From positions 3,668,305 through 3,732,304 of the forward strand of contig CBDCNM010000002.1 of assembly GCA_965219385.1 (NCBI GenBank): a stretch of DNA of 64,000 nucleotides, written 5' to 3'. Positions 1 through 9,577 of this stretch are shown piece by piece; within the stretch, counting starts at the first letter, position 1; the number at the start of each line of letters is the position of its first letter. The notes beneath the pieces were generated by a model that was given only the letters and a program-made list of their open reading frames with translations, did no database searches and was not told the DNA's origin. Both the position numbers and the translations under genes were made by a program. This stretch comes from Candidatus Latescibacterota bacterium. GTDB taxonomy: Bacteria; Latescibacterota; UBA2968; UBA8231.

Positions 1-1366
1 GATTGTCATGGGACCGCTGCCACCGGCTATAATACAATTTATGTCGTATTTTGCCCCCCTTTTTTCTCATCGGGTATGGCCTCATGCTCAGGTGTTGTTG
101 ACCGGCGCGATCCTGGCACCGGGAAAACGCACGGTCAGTGCCCTTTTGCGCGTGATGGGTTTGGACCACCGGTCTGATTTTCAAACCTATCACCGGGTGC
201 TCAATCGCTGCGTATGGTCTAGTCTTCAAGGCAGCCGGCTCCTGTTGCATGTACTCCTCGCTACTTTTACCCCACGCGGCCGGTTGGTTTTTGGCCTGGA
301 CGATACGATTGAGCGCCGTCGAGGCGATCACATTGCGGCCAAGGGCATCTATCGCGATCCGGTGCGCTCTAGTCAGGGGTACTTTGTCAAAGCCAGTGGG
401 TTACGCTGGTTGTCGCTGATGTTGCTGGTGCCCGTATCCTGGGCCGACCGTATCTGGGCATTGCCTTTCTTGACGGTGTTATGTCCGTCCGAGCGCTATT
501 ATCAGGCACGGGGTCGATCGCATCAACCGCTGCTACAGCGCGCCCAACAGATGCTGCGTCTGCTGGCGCGCTGGGTGCCGACGCGTAGCGTAGTCGTGGT
601 AGCCGACCAAGCCTTTTCGGCGTTGGCCTTTCTGGATGCGGTCCGTCATCAGGTAGCCGTCATCACCCGCTTGCGCTTAGATGCGGCACTCTTTGAGCCG
701 GCCCCACCTCGGCCGACCGGTACCGTCGGTCGACCGCGCTGCAAAGGGGACCGGTTACCTACCCTCCAAGCGCGATTAGATGATCCCAATACCCGCTGGC
801 AAGAGCTAACGATAAACGCATGGTATGCCACCGGAAAACGCGCCATCCATATCGTTTCGGGCACGGCCGTGTGGTATCACTCCGGTTTGCCATCGGTGCC
901 CATCCGCTGGCTTTTGGTCAAAGAGCCCAACGGGCAGTTCCCCCCCCAAGCATTTCTCAGCACGGACGAAACAATCACACCGCAGCAGATGCTGACCTTT
1001 TTCATCCAGCGCTGGACGGTCGAAACTACCTTTGAAGAAGCGCGCGCCCATCTCGGTATGGAAACGCAACGGCAGTGGAATGACCAGGCCATTGCTCGGG
1101 GCACCCCCTTGGTGTTGGCCTTATTCGCTATGGTGGCGCTCCTGGCTCATACCCTCATCCAAAAAACAGCCTGTAGCGTCCGACAAACTGCTTGGTATAG
1201 CAAAACAAAACCCACTTTTTCGGATGCACTGGCTTGGGTCCGAAAACACATCTGGCAACATTTTTCAAGGTCAACTCCACACCCAGACAGGCAAAAACCA
1301 ACAGCTGGAATCGTCGAACGCCTTATCGATATCGTTTGCTATGCTACATAAATGGATAAAGTCGAG
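1..1366 (+). mobile_element. IS701-like insertion sequence, left end outside the window
   Basis: Right terminal repeat TGGATAAAGTCGAG (1353-1366) followed by CTAAG (1367-1371), identical to the right end of the complete copy at 20241-21687. Confidence 0.85.
8..1351 (+). CDS. DDE transposase, IS701-like (DDE_5 superfamily), copy 1
   Basis: 447-aa ORF with DDT, VAD and RWTVETTFEE motifs; clearly homologous to the ORF at 20329-21672. Confidence 0.9.
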   Translation: MGPLPPAIIQFMSYFAPLFSHRVWPHAQVLLTGAILAPGKRTVSALLRVMGLDHRSDFQTYHRVLNRCVWSSLQGSRLLLHVLLATFTPRGRLVFGLDDTIERRRGDHIAAKGIYRDPVRSSQGYFVKASGLRWLSLMLLVPVSWADRIWALPFLTVLCPSERYYQARGRSHQPLLQRAQQMLRLLARWVPTRSVVVVADQAFSALAFLDAVRHQVAVITRLRLDAALFEPAPPRPTGTVGRPRCKGDRLPTLQARLDDPNTRWQELTINAWYATGKRAIHIVSGTAVWYHSGLPSVPIRWLLVKEPNGQFPPQAFLSTDETITPQQMLTFFIQRWTVETTFEEARAHLGMETQRQWNDQAIARGTPLVLALFAMVALLAHTLIQKTACSVRQTAWYSKTKPTFSDALAWVRKHIWQHFSRSTPHPDRQKPTAGIVERLIDIVCYAT

Positions 1367-1370
1367 CTAA

Positions 1371-2298
1371 GAAGCTGTTTTAGAATTCAGATTTTCCACC
1401 GATTCTCTTGACCAAGAGGTGAATCATCGCAATGTAAATAAAGGCTTCGCTATTTCGGGGTAGGACTTCATAGTCCTTGGAAAGGCGCCGAAAATTCAAT
1501 AACCAGGCAAAGGTGCGCTCCACCACCCAACGCCATTTCATCACTTGAAATCCCTGGCCTTCTCGCTGGACCACTGCCAGGTCAATTTTGTGCGTCCGCT
1601 TCAAACTTGCAACCCATGCCTTGATGGCCTCGCCGCGATACCCACCATCGACCCATAGCTTTCGAAGGCGGGTCAAGCCAGCGGCAAAATAGGCTTTGAG
1701 CAACACCTTCAACCCGTCCGGATCGGCACCGTCGGCAGGCGAGACAAACGCGGAGATGATAAGCCCCAAGGGGTCAACAAGGAGAGGGCGCTTGCGGCCA
1801 TTGACCTTCTTGCCAGCATCATAACCCTTTGATTCACCTTGGGTTGCAGTCTTGATGCTTGGGCTGTCTATAGAGCCTGCCGAAGCGGTGGGCTTGCGGC
1901 CTTGACGGCGCCTTTCCCTTCTGGAGAGTGCCGGATGGATCTGCCTCCAGATGCCTTTTTTGCTCCAGGTGTTGAATACCCATACACGGTTTGCCAGCAC
2001 CCATACTCCTTGGGCAGCATCCGCCACTGACCGCCCGTTTGGGTCACATACACAATGGCGTTGAACCCCTCGCGCAGAGGAACCGGTGGACGACCGCGAC
2101 TCCCGGGATGCCATTTGCGTTTGGGAAGGAGGGTGAGGAGAAGTTGCCATTGCGCTTCGATCAAATCGGTCGGATATTGTCTGAGCGTATTCATCTTCAT
2201 CCTTTCGTTTCAGGTGGTTTTGGACAACCTGAATTTGGATAGATGAATACGCGCTTTTCAACTCTTTTTTTAACCCCTCACATTTTTAAAACAGCTTC
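1371..2298 (-). mobile_element. IS5 family (IS1031-like) insertion sequence
   Basis: Inverted ends GAAGCTGTTTTA (from 1371) and TAAAACAGCTTC (to 2298); TNA flanks (TAA and TCA); encloses a transposase. Confidence 0.85.
1380..2200 (-). pseudogene. IS5 family transposase, frameshifted near 1975
   Basis: N-terminus (YPTDL..QW, TGGQWRMLP) in ORF 1868-2200; DDE part (IDS, GYDAGKKVNGRKR, DGGY, RWVVERTFAW) in another frame (1380-2261). Confidence 0.85.
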
Positions 2299-2301
2299 TC
2301 A

Positions 2302-2683
2302 GGCGGTGCCCTTGGAGAAGATGGTAGAATAGGCCCATCGACGTTGGCCCATTGAGGAATTTCACGAGGGCGGCAAATCGCTGCTGGGCTGGGATGACTA
2401 CCAGGGCCGGCTGTGGACCGGGTTTCATCGCCAGGCGACGATCATCCTGTTGACCTACAGCTTCCTGCGATGGCAAGAGTGGCACCAACGCCAGGAAGCC
2501 CCTCGGTCGCCGGGTCGTCTCCGCGATCGTTTTTCCCCCTCGGTGGGATCGTAGACGGCGCTCCTTGGAGGAAATCCATCGACGCGTGATAGAAAGGCTA
2601 TGGAACATGGTCATTGAAGCCTGTGTGCAACAGAAAATCGCGGAATTATCCCCATCCAGACGTATTTAACAGAGTAATATTAA
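2302..2683 (+). pseudogene. 3' remnant of a canonical IS701-family transposase/IS, cut by the IS5 element
   Basis: Own translation: ...E*AHRRWPIEEFHEGGKSLLGWDDYQGRLWTGFHRQ..., the IS701 C-terminal signature, with an in-frame stop. Confidence 0.75.
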
Positions 2684-2721
2684 ACCATAGGGGGAAGGGG
2701 GCAACAGGCCCCGGCCGGGTT

Positions 2722-3696
2722 TCATGCAACAAAGCCCGTATCCGTAGTCGCTTGTCGCACCAGCTCTGTAATATCAAATTGGTGGCTTTCTCCAACACCT
2801 TGGCAATATAGCGTGTTGTATTCCTGCGGAACTGCATAGATCATCCGGACTGTCCTTCGAAAAAGAGCGAACAAAGCCGCACCGACAAAAGACAATTTCG
2901 TGTTCATGGCTACCAAAGCGATATTTTCGCCGGACTTCTCTAGCTCCGCGTTAATCAGGCTCTCGAACACTCCCTCTATCGACGAAGAGCTGAAATCAAT
3001 ATCACCAATCCTCGGAACCTGAATCCGACCTCTCAGTTTAGCCGCAACCTTTCGACTTAGCTCCCCCGCACCTACAACGGTCGACGATTCCTCTTGTTCT
3101 CCACTAATGGTCAAATGGCTAGGCTCTACGTATTCGATTATCTTAGAGATCCTATCCAGTTCGTGCCCTGCGAGAATCACCAGATGAGAAGGTCTCTCAC
3201 TACGAAATATCCCTGGAAAACCAACAATCGACCTAATAGTCGTCACACCCTTACTTAGCCAGCGCTTAGACTCAGGTAAATTCCTGTTCTGAGTAGCATA
3301 TCCTCCTTCAGGTGCGGCCACATAAGCCACCGAAACACTACCAACGACCAACCTCTTTACTGAGACAGCGAACAACAACATTCCAAGTAATTCCCTCGGT
3401 ATACAGGTAACGTCAATTACCAAATCGCAACCAGGAGAACACGCCTTCTCAACCACAGACCATGTCCACTTCCATAGATCAAGCGACGAAAATCGATCAA
3501 CTCGCTTAACGTTGCGTACACCAAGTTTTTCAAGTAGGGCAAGATTTTTTTCATACATTTCGCCACTTTCGAAGACATTAGCGACAAACACGTGCTCTAG
3601 TCTTCCCCCTGAATCCAAAAATTTGCGGACTCGAACGGTCGAGCGCTCTTCGAAAGATGCAGCCGCGATCAAGACTTTCTCAGCATCTGTCATCAC
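2722..3696 (-). CDS. Hypothetical protein with two Rossmann-like (CARF-like) halves; gene 4 of the putative defence operon
   Basis: Motifs SFEERS, VIDVTC, Y..P..Y, WLSKG..IRSIVGFPG, LAGHELDR, AMNTKLS, YAVPQEYN; start overlaps the ATPase stop codon (start could be 3693, 3696 or 3699). Confidence 0.65.
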   Translation of the reverse strand: MMTDAEKVLIAAASFEERSTVRVRKFLDSGGRLEHVFVANVFESGEMYEKNLALLEKLGVRNVKRVDRFSSLDLWKWTWSVVEKACSPGCDLVIDVTCIPRELLGMLLFAVSVKRLVVGSVSVAYVAAPEGGYATQNRNLPESKRWLSKGVTTIRSIVGFPGIFRSERPSHLVILAGHELDRISKIIEYVEPSHLTISGEQEESSTVVGAGELSRKVAAKLRGRIQVPRIGDIDFSSSSIEGVFESLINAELEKSGENIALVAMNTKLSFVGAALFALFRRTVRMIYAVPQEYNTLYCQGVGESHQFDITELVRQATTDTGFVA

Positions 3697-5450
3697 CAAG
3701 TCTCCCGTCCGTCCGGCTCAGTTATGATCCATTCGCCTTTCGGCCCAATAGAGTCATAAAACAAATCACCCTGCACCACGGCTTCGCCCGAAGCCATATT
3801 CTCGATAATATTTGGTTTTAATGACATGTATGCACTATACGCCGAAGCATCGAGACTAAATGCAGGCGCAATGCGTCGGGTTAACACATACAGATACCTT
3901 CTCCCAATACCCTCTTTTTCGCTAATAAAGCCGCGCACTAGATACCCTTCCATGATGGCTAAGTCCAACAGCCGAAGCGTCTCATTGCTCGGGGGGGATT
4001 GGAAGGCGAACGAAAATACTCGACGCTCCGAGCCTTGTGAGAGTATCTTCTGTTTAAACACTGCACCGAGACCTTTAATTATGTTCGCGACAGCCGCCCA
4101 ATCATCTTCCTTTCCAGATCGTTTCTGTCGGGTGTTACCTATTTCGGACAGAATCGTATCCGAATAATTTCGAACAATCCGGTCCTGAATAGCGGGTGGA
4201 ATGTGATCAACAACGCCATCTTGTTTCCTCGATGCATTGTCGTACATCCGCTGTGCACAGATAATGAAGTCTCTCACCAAACTACCACTGAGGATCGCGA
4301 GCGTCCGAAACCCTGTATACCGATATGTACCCAGGGACCTTTTCTCGTTCAAATTACGCATATACTCTGAAGTAAGGTGACGATAGACGTAGTCACTAAC
4401 CGACCTGCCCGAGTAAATCCTTCTGTATTTTGAGGTCAACTTTTTCCTGACGATTTCTATACGTTCATTTTGTTCTCTATCCTCCGGAAAAAAGAGCGTC
4501 GGCTCAATAGGCTCGCCACCTTCCCCATGCAGTCCAACTTGCCCAAAACGCTTGATGCAAATCCGTCGCACTAGATCCACGTAGTCTTCGCTATCATAAT
4601 CAATAAATCGTGTCGCTATATCATACTGAATAAAGTCATGTGGTGGCTGTATCTTCGATCCGGAACGCGTCTCGAATGTTTTGTATGCATACATCGTGCT
4701 TACTTTGAAGACCGTGCTCCGCCTCCGCCTCGCGATCCACGAGTTCAATACGATAGTGTGAGATAGCGGCAGATCATCGCCATCGTCGATTAGAATGAAA
4801 AGACAACGACCGACTTCATCGAAAAAAAAGTCTGCAATTGGTGCTAGGATTCCGTCAAAGAAGAACAACGGGCCGCTATATCCCTCCTCAGGACCATATA
4901 ACCGCCGTACAATATGGTTGACTATCCTCTCGCTTTCGACATGGAAGAGCTCAATTATTCTTTCCAAGGCTTCCTCGTAACCTGAGTCAGATAACTCCGG
5001 CGGATTCACCTTGCTAAACTCGAACGCGGTCTGGATGCTATCCATTACTAGCCGCACAAACCGAGGACGAAGTTCAGCAGAGATTACTTCAGGGGCTTTG
5101 CGGAGTATTACGAATAGCTGGCGCAGAATAAGCGATATGAGGTGACTTTCGCTTAACGCGTTCTTCTGACGGTTAGATTGCATGAATTGGAGCTCTTCAC
5201 TCATGAAATCTGAGTCTCGCACAGGGAAGTAGACGGACAAGAAGTTTGGCTGTTCTCCTGGGTAAAGTAGTTCTTGACAATCCGGCTGAAGCACCCGAAA
5301 CAGCATAGATTTGCCAGTACCACGGTTTCCATTGATGAAACAGCTCTCCCGACCTCGCACACGGTTTAGCCGACTGTCATCGCACCACAGCTCAGTTGCC
5401 TCCGACGCCGTCAACTTGGATGCTGTCACAAGTTCAAATGGGTTGTTCAT
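3693..5450 (-). CDS. ORC/CDC6-like (STAND-type) P-loop NTPase; gene 3
   Basis: N-terminal NPFE, Walker A GNRGTGKS, Walker B LFILIDDGDD; ATGA overlap with the upstream HD gene at 5447-5450. Confidence 0.8.
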   Translation of the reverse strand: MNNPFELVTASKLTASEATELWCDDSRLNRVRGRESCFINGNRGTGKSMLFRVLQPDCQELLYPGEQPNFLSVYFPVRDSDFMSEELQFMQSNRQKNALSESHLISLILRQLFVILRKAPEVISAELRPRFVRLVMDSIQTAFEFSKVNPPELSDSGYEEALERIIELFHVESERIVNHIVRRLYGPEEGYSGPLFFFDGILAPIADFFFDEVGRCLFILIDDGDDLPLSHTIVLNSWIARRRRSTVFKVSTMYAYKTFETRSGSKIQPPHDFIQYDIATRFIDYDSEDYVDLVRRICIKRFGQVGLHGEGGEPIEPTLFFPEDREQNERIEIVRKKLTSKYRRIYSGRSVSDYVYRHLTSEYMRNLNEKRSLGTYRYTGFRTLAILSGSLVRDFIICAQRMYDNASRKQDGVVDHIPPAIQDRIVRNYSDTILSEIGNTRQKRSGKEDDWAAVANIIKGLGAVFKQKILSQGSERRVFSFAFQSPPSNETLRLLDLAIMEGYLVRGFISEKEGIGRRYLYVLTRRIAPAFSLDASAYSAYMSLKPNIIENMASGEAVVQGDLFYDSIGPKGEWIITEPDGRETW

Positions 5451-6493
5451 ATCTCCCCCTTGCAATAGGCTTCCAATGAAGTGTTTTTACCCAGTTCCTC
5501 ACAGCGCTTCGAGAGCGATGGAAGATCCTCTGGATAACCTCGATCGAGGTGGAGGGTCAACGTTGATCTTTTTGTCATGCTACTAGGGACGTCATCTTTA
5601 TAGTACTCTATGGTTAGCTGCACTTGGCGGACATCGAAATCGGGTCGTCCGTATTGTGAACAGTACCTCGCTTCCCTTTCGATGGTATCGATTTTTTGTT
5701 CTAGATGGTCGAAGAACGACTTATCGTCTATCTCTGTGACGCATTCGTTTTGATCGGGATAAATCTTCAATAGGATGTCGAGTGTGTCGTTCTGCAAGTC
5801 GAATTGACGAAAGCACTCCGCGTAACGGTAGGCGTGCTTGCTTTTTGACGAAGTTTGAAACCATTGCAAGAGTGCCACCGGTACTCGTTCTGGGTTTTCC
5901 GAAAGCTCATCGGCCATACGCAGCATGGCGGCCAAGAGCCACAGTCTCGGGGGGCTATAGTGATCTGAGTGAATTTTCCTAAACGTATCGTGCCCAAAGT
6001 TCTGGCTATCTCCCCCATGTACACGAGCCACGTCGTGGATATTTTGGCAAGTCTCTGTATCGTAGAACAGGTCAAGGTGATCCTTAATCAGTTCGACCGA
6101 GTTCGTTGGGTGATCCTTGCGTCCCTTTATATTGCCTACGTCATGCACATGCGCGGCGCACAACAGGATGTACGACTCAAGCGGACTGAGCGGTGTGGTT
6201 CCCGGCTTTTTTTCGATGCTCAATCCAAGTTTGTCAAGGCTATCCACCAAATCACTCACGTGGCGACAGCCATGTATCGTCATAATGTCCGGATTGTTGC
6301 CTTTCTTTGCCGCACGCGTTTGATCGATGGCAAGTCCAACGTCTACAAGCGGGTGAATATTCTCTAAGAAATGCAACTCAAGCGCTCTGAATTTTACCAA
6401 GTATCCTTGTGCACGCGCGTGGTCTTCGTTTTTGGGGTCATCGTTGGCTTTTTGGATGCGTTGCACTAGATAGCCGTTCGTAGTGTGTATCAT
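5447..6493 (-). CDS. HD-superfamily phosphohydrolase (conflict-system HD-CE type); gene 2
   Basis: TIHGCRH...AAHVHDVGN...DH...RVHGG...LRMADEL metal-binding residues intact; ATGA overlap with the MTase. Confidence 0.8.
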   Translation of the reverse strand: MIHTTNGYLVQRIQKANDDPKNEDHARAQGYLVKFRALELHFLENIHPLVDVGLAIDQTRAAKKGNNPDIMTIHGCRHVSDLVDSLDKLGLSIEKKPGTTPLSPLESYILLCAAHVHDVGNIKGRKDHPTNSVELIKDHLDLFYDTETCQNIHDVARVHGGDSQNFGHDTFRKIHSDHYSPPRLWLLAAMLRMADELSENPERVPVALLQWFQTSSKSKHAYRYAECFRQFDLQNDTLDILLKIYPDQNECVTEIDDKSFFDHLEQKIDTIEREARYCSQYGRPDFDVRQVQLTIEYYKDDVPSSMTKRSTLTLHLDRGYPEDLPSLSKRCEELGKNTSLEAYCKGEI

Positions 6494-7554
6494 ATCTCGG
6501 CTATTCTCTCCAGTACGACCTTTGCAAGAAGAGGTGGAACCATATTTCCGACTTGCTGCTGTTGGAATCCTATAGAACCCGAGAAGCGAAAGTTATCAGG
6601 CACTGACTGTATTCGAGCCGCCTCGCGGATTGATAACCCCCGATCTTCGTGTGGGTGGATCAGCATGTTTTTCCTGAAGTTACCAATAACAACCGAAGGT
6701 TCCGAAGGTTTCAACCTATGGTATATCCCTGTGTGACACTTTGACGTATCGGCATAGTTGTGGAGTAGCGTTGGCGGTATGTCTTCCCAGTTCCCGCCCT
6801 GAGATACGTAAGGATATCGTTGTAACACATGAGAGGCATTCTTGGTCACTAGATTCCCAGTGACCTTGCCTAGCCTGCCGCGGAGCTTCCTCGCGAAGAA
6901 GCTTATTGGATCGCATCGATAAGGCAACTTGTCGACCGAAGCTCCTGGGGTCAGTAAGGGTAGATCAGCTATAGCCTCCTCTACCGTGATCGGCAACTCG
7001 GTAGATCTGGCGGGATCCGTAAAGACTTTTTCCTCGCGAGAAGCTACGACGAACGTTCGCTCTCGGCGTTGCGGCACTCCGTAATGGACGGCATTGAGAG
7101 TCGTCGTAGACGTAGTGTACCCCGCCGCCTCAAGATTATCGACCATTTCGCGAAGGAAAAATCCCTTTAGCGTTTCACGTATTCCTTTTACGTTTTCAAT
7201 AACGATCCAGTCCGGGCCCCACATCTCCGCTACGCGAATTAGCTCTTTGTGCATCCAATTGTCGGGATTTGACGAATTCCGAGTGCGCTGGTTTGACGTG
7301 GAAAATCCTTGACATGGTGGGCCTCCGAACACGATGGTCCGTGCGCCCTTTGGCCGTTCCGGGACCGAGTTGACCTCTCGTATGTCGCCAACGAACACTG
7401 GGATTTTCCGAAAGTTCAGGCGATAGGTCGAGGCTGCTATCGGACACTTTTCCACAGCGTATGCTACTTCTATTCCCGCCTGCCGGGCACCCAGGGTCAT
7501 CCCCCCTCCGCCGCAAAACAGATCTATGGCAATAGTTCGGTTTTCGTTCGTCAT
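6490..7554 (-). CDS. DNA (cytosine-5)-methyltransferase; gene 1
   Basis: Motifs I DLFCGGGG, IV GGPPCQGFS, VI ENV, VIII QRRER, IX REAARIQ, X VGNMVPP. Confidence 0.97.
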   Translation of the reverse strand: MTNENRTIAIDLFCGGGGMTLGARQAGIEVAYAVEKCPIAASTYRLNFRKIPVFVGDIREVNSVPERPKGARTIVFGGPPCQGFSTSNQRTRNSSNPDNWMHKELIRVAEMWGPDWIVIENVKGIRETLKGFFLREMVDNLEAAGYTTSTTTLNAVHYGVPQRRERTFVVASREEKVFTDPARSTELPITVEEAIADLPLLTPGASVDKLPYRCDPISFFARKLRGRLGKVTGNLVTKNASHVLQRYPYVSQGGNWEDIPPTLLHNYADTSKCHTGIYHRLKPSEPSVVIGNFRKNMLIHPHEDRGLSIREAARIQSVPDNFRFSGSIGFQQQQVGNMVPPLLAKVVLERIAEI

Positions 7555-7585
7555 TGTATGCGCTTTGGACGGTCACCAGGGTCGT

Positions 7586-7716
7586 TTCAGTGTGCGAACA
7601 CACTGAAGCACTTACGGTCCCGCCTTTCTTGTCCAATACTTGTGGACAGTTTTTGTAACTTGTTGTTTTTCTATGAATTTACGAAATTCATAGCCAAAAT
7701 AGCTAACTTATTGATT
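7586..7716 (-). promoter_or_regulatory. Palindrome-rich, AT-rich regulatory region of the MTase operon, with IHF-like sites
   Basis: 9-bp hairpin 7586-7607 (UUCG loop on - strand); TGTCCA-N7-TGGACA 7630-7648; perfect 10-bp inverted repeat 7671-7693; TAACTTATTGATT 7704-7716 fits the IHF consensus, with a near copy at 7656-7668. Confidence 0.55.
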
Positions 7717-7789
7717 TTTAACAACTTAGAAAAATAACGTTTCCCGAATTAGGCCGAAATCGCAAAAAGTGTCCGAACTATTGTTGTCA

Positions 7790-8700
7790 GTATAGATAAA
7801 ATAAGTCTCCTTTTTTTTTAATCAAGGCGCTGAACACACGGACGGGTCGGCAAAGCTCCCTGAAGATCGTTTGCAGGTCCTTCGGCAGGGCTCCCAGTAC
7901 GGTTGTTGCGGCTGACACGTATCCGCCCTGTATCAGGGTCACCCAGGATCCGAGGCCCTACCCCCTCCAGATAGCGTCGAATCGAGGCCGGATCGGTCCG
8001 GGCGGCGAGGATCCTCAGACGACCGCTACAGGCCGCGCATTGGCTGAGCTCGGCGGAAAACACCCGGGCGAGCAGGGGGAGCCACCCCAGCCGATGACCG
8101 CAGGACGGGCCGCTCGAATCGCGGCTCCGCAACTGCCTCCGCCGGTACAATGCGGTCACGGGCCCGGGGCGCCAGGACTCCGTGGCAGCGTAGGAGATGC
8201 AGCCGGGGCGGAGGTACCAGAGCCGCCCGCTTCTCCAGTCGTTCCATTGGCGAGAGCAGAAGATGGCTCGTCCCATCCGACCAGGGCGTTTTGAGCGCGA
8301 AGGACAGCCGCTCGGGATCGATGATGCGCCGGCGCTCCGACGCCAGGGCCGGTTGGGCCACGTAGCGGCATAATCGTTCGAGCCCCAGCCGGTCAGGGCC
8401 CGCGATCCGCGTAGCCGCATGCAGCGAAAAGCCGCGCCGAGCAAAACACAGGGGCGCTGTACGCACCCCGGTGGCCGGATCTTTCAGGGCCCGTCGCAAG
8501 CGCTGGCCCGCGCGTGCCCCGGTAGCGAGGAGCCCCCGCACCGAGGCCGCCGTGAGGGCGGCCAGGCTCCTCGTCCGCGAGCGGATCGGCTGGGGTGTCG
8601 CGTCGAGCCGGCCGCGTTGGGTGCACAGCCGGATGATGCGGCGCGCCCTCGTCTGCACGATCCGACAGCCCTCCTTATCTTGCACCAACAGCCCTGCCTC
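7790..8700 (-). mobile_element. ISCR/IS91-family rolling-circle element remnant, oriIS-like end at about 7790
   Basis: Degenerate transposase lies upstream (on its strand) of GTATAGATAAAATAAG, which resembles the ISCR oriIS end. Confidence 0.75.
7950..8688 (-). pseudogene. IS91/ISCR transposase, 5'-truncated and frameshifted
   Basis: GFSLHAA...LERLCRYVAQP...LKTPWSDGT...LVPPPRLHLLRCHGVLAP in one frame; W..LLARVF....C..CSG.LRILA...DP C-terminus in another; HUH N-terminus missing. Confidence 0.85.
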
Positions 8701-8813
8701 TCGGAAACGGCCTGCGGGCTAACGAATAGGTCGTGCCCCAGTTGTTCCTGTGTGAGTCCCTGATGCCTCCGTCTCTCCTGTATCCTTTGTCCAAGCTCTA
8801 CTGGGTCAGTCAT
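8700..8813 (-). pseudogene. XRE-family HTH regulator, truncated by the IS91 remnant
   Basis: MTDPVELGQRIQERRRHQGLTQEQLG..LFVSPQAVS, then an abrupt break; RBS upstream; operator-like palindrome GTAGGTCAAC-N5-GTTGAGCTAC at 8932-8956. Confidence 0.7.
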
Positions 8814-9004
8814 TGCGCTATCTCCTCTTAGTTTGGGTATGTGCAGCGGCCTTCCATCAAGCGATGGTTGTCGCTACCTGCACAGCCAAAATAGCGCATT
8901 TACCCAGTTGTCGGCATTGAAGAACGCGAAAGTAGGTCAACTGCTGGTTGAGCTACTTGAACGAGGCATAGTACACCTGTGCGCCCGGTAAATCAGCAAT
9001 GAGC

Positions 9005-9577
9005 CTATGGTTCCTCAGCTTGCAGATCACGGAGAAACCGTTTCAGCGGTTCCAGAGCGGGCGTATTCAGGTCCCAATACGATGGGTTTTCATAATTTCG
9101 CTTGCTTGCGTGGGTCTCGATCTTGAGCGCTTCGCAGTACGCGTAGATTCGCGCCTTGAGATTGGGAAGCTGGTATGTCCCGTGACTCTGTAAACAGGTT
9201 TTGTATTTATCGAAACAGTCGTACACAGCACGATGATTGGAAACGGCCATCTGCTCCAGCAAGGTCTCAAGGCACCCCGGGTCACTATCGTTTGGCAGGA
9301 GAAAGAAGCGGTCGACTGGGAGTTCGAGCTGATCTTTACATCTCTGAAACTCGTCCCGTCGCTTCGAGAAATCGGAGTTCGCGTCCAGTACGACGGCAAT
9401 GTAGTTTCCCGCATCTCGGCTTCTTTGTATTTGAGGAGCAACACTTGGAAGTTTCGACACCCCTCCTCCGATGAGAGCCGTGTCGACGTTGGCAACGTCC
9501 AGATATTGCAACAGGGACCTTATGAAGCGCTCGTCATCACGTCCCTCGACAAATACCACCCAGTCGGCACTCATCAC
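9005..9577 (-). CDS. TOPRIM-like protein (DUF3226-like), partner of the ABC ATPase
   Basis: VFVEGRDD, GGG, VVLDAN, PGCLETLL, KARIYAY; ATGA overlap with the ATPase. Confidence 0.75.
   Translation of the reverse strand: MMSADWVVFVEGRDDERFIRSLLQYLDVANVDTALIGGGVSKLPSVAPQIQRSRDAGNYIAVVLDANSDFSKRRDEFQRCKDQLELPVDRFFLLPNDSDPGCLETLLEQMAVSNHRAVYDCFDKYKTCLQSHGTYQLPNLKARIYAYCEALKIETHASKRNYENPSYWDLNTPALEPLKRFLRDLQAEEP

Noticed and set aside
6490..7554. MTase as part of a standard type II restriction-modification system
   Set aside because: No PD-(D/E)xK, HNH or GIY-YIG nuclease recognised among its neighbours; a highly diverged nuclease cannot be fully excluded
7822..7893. Repeat with 11050-11123 as prophage attL/attR or a tRNA fragment
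   Set aside because: No tRNA structure or phage integrase; the position downstream of an IS91 transposase fits an IS end
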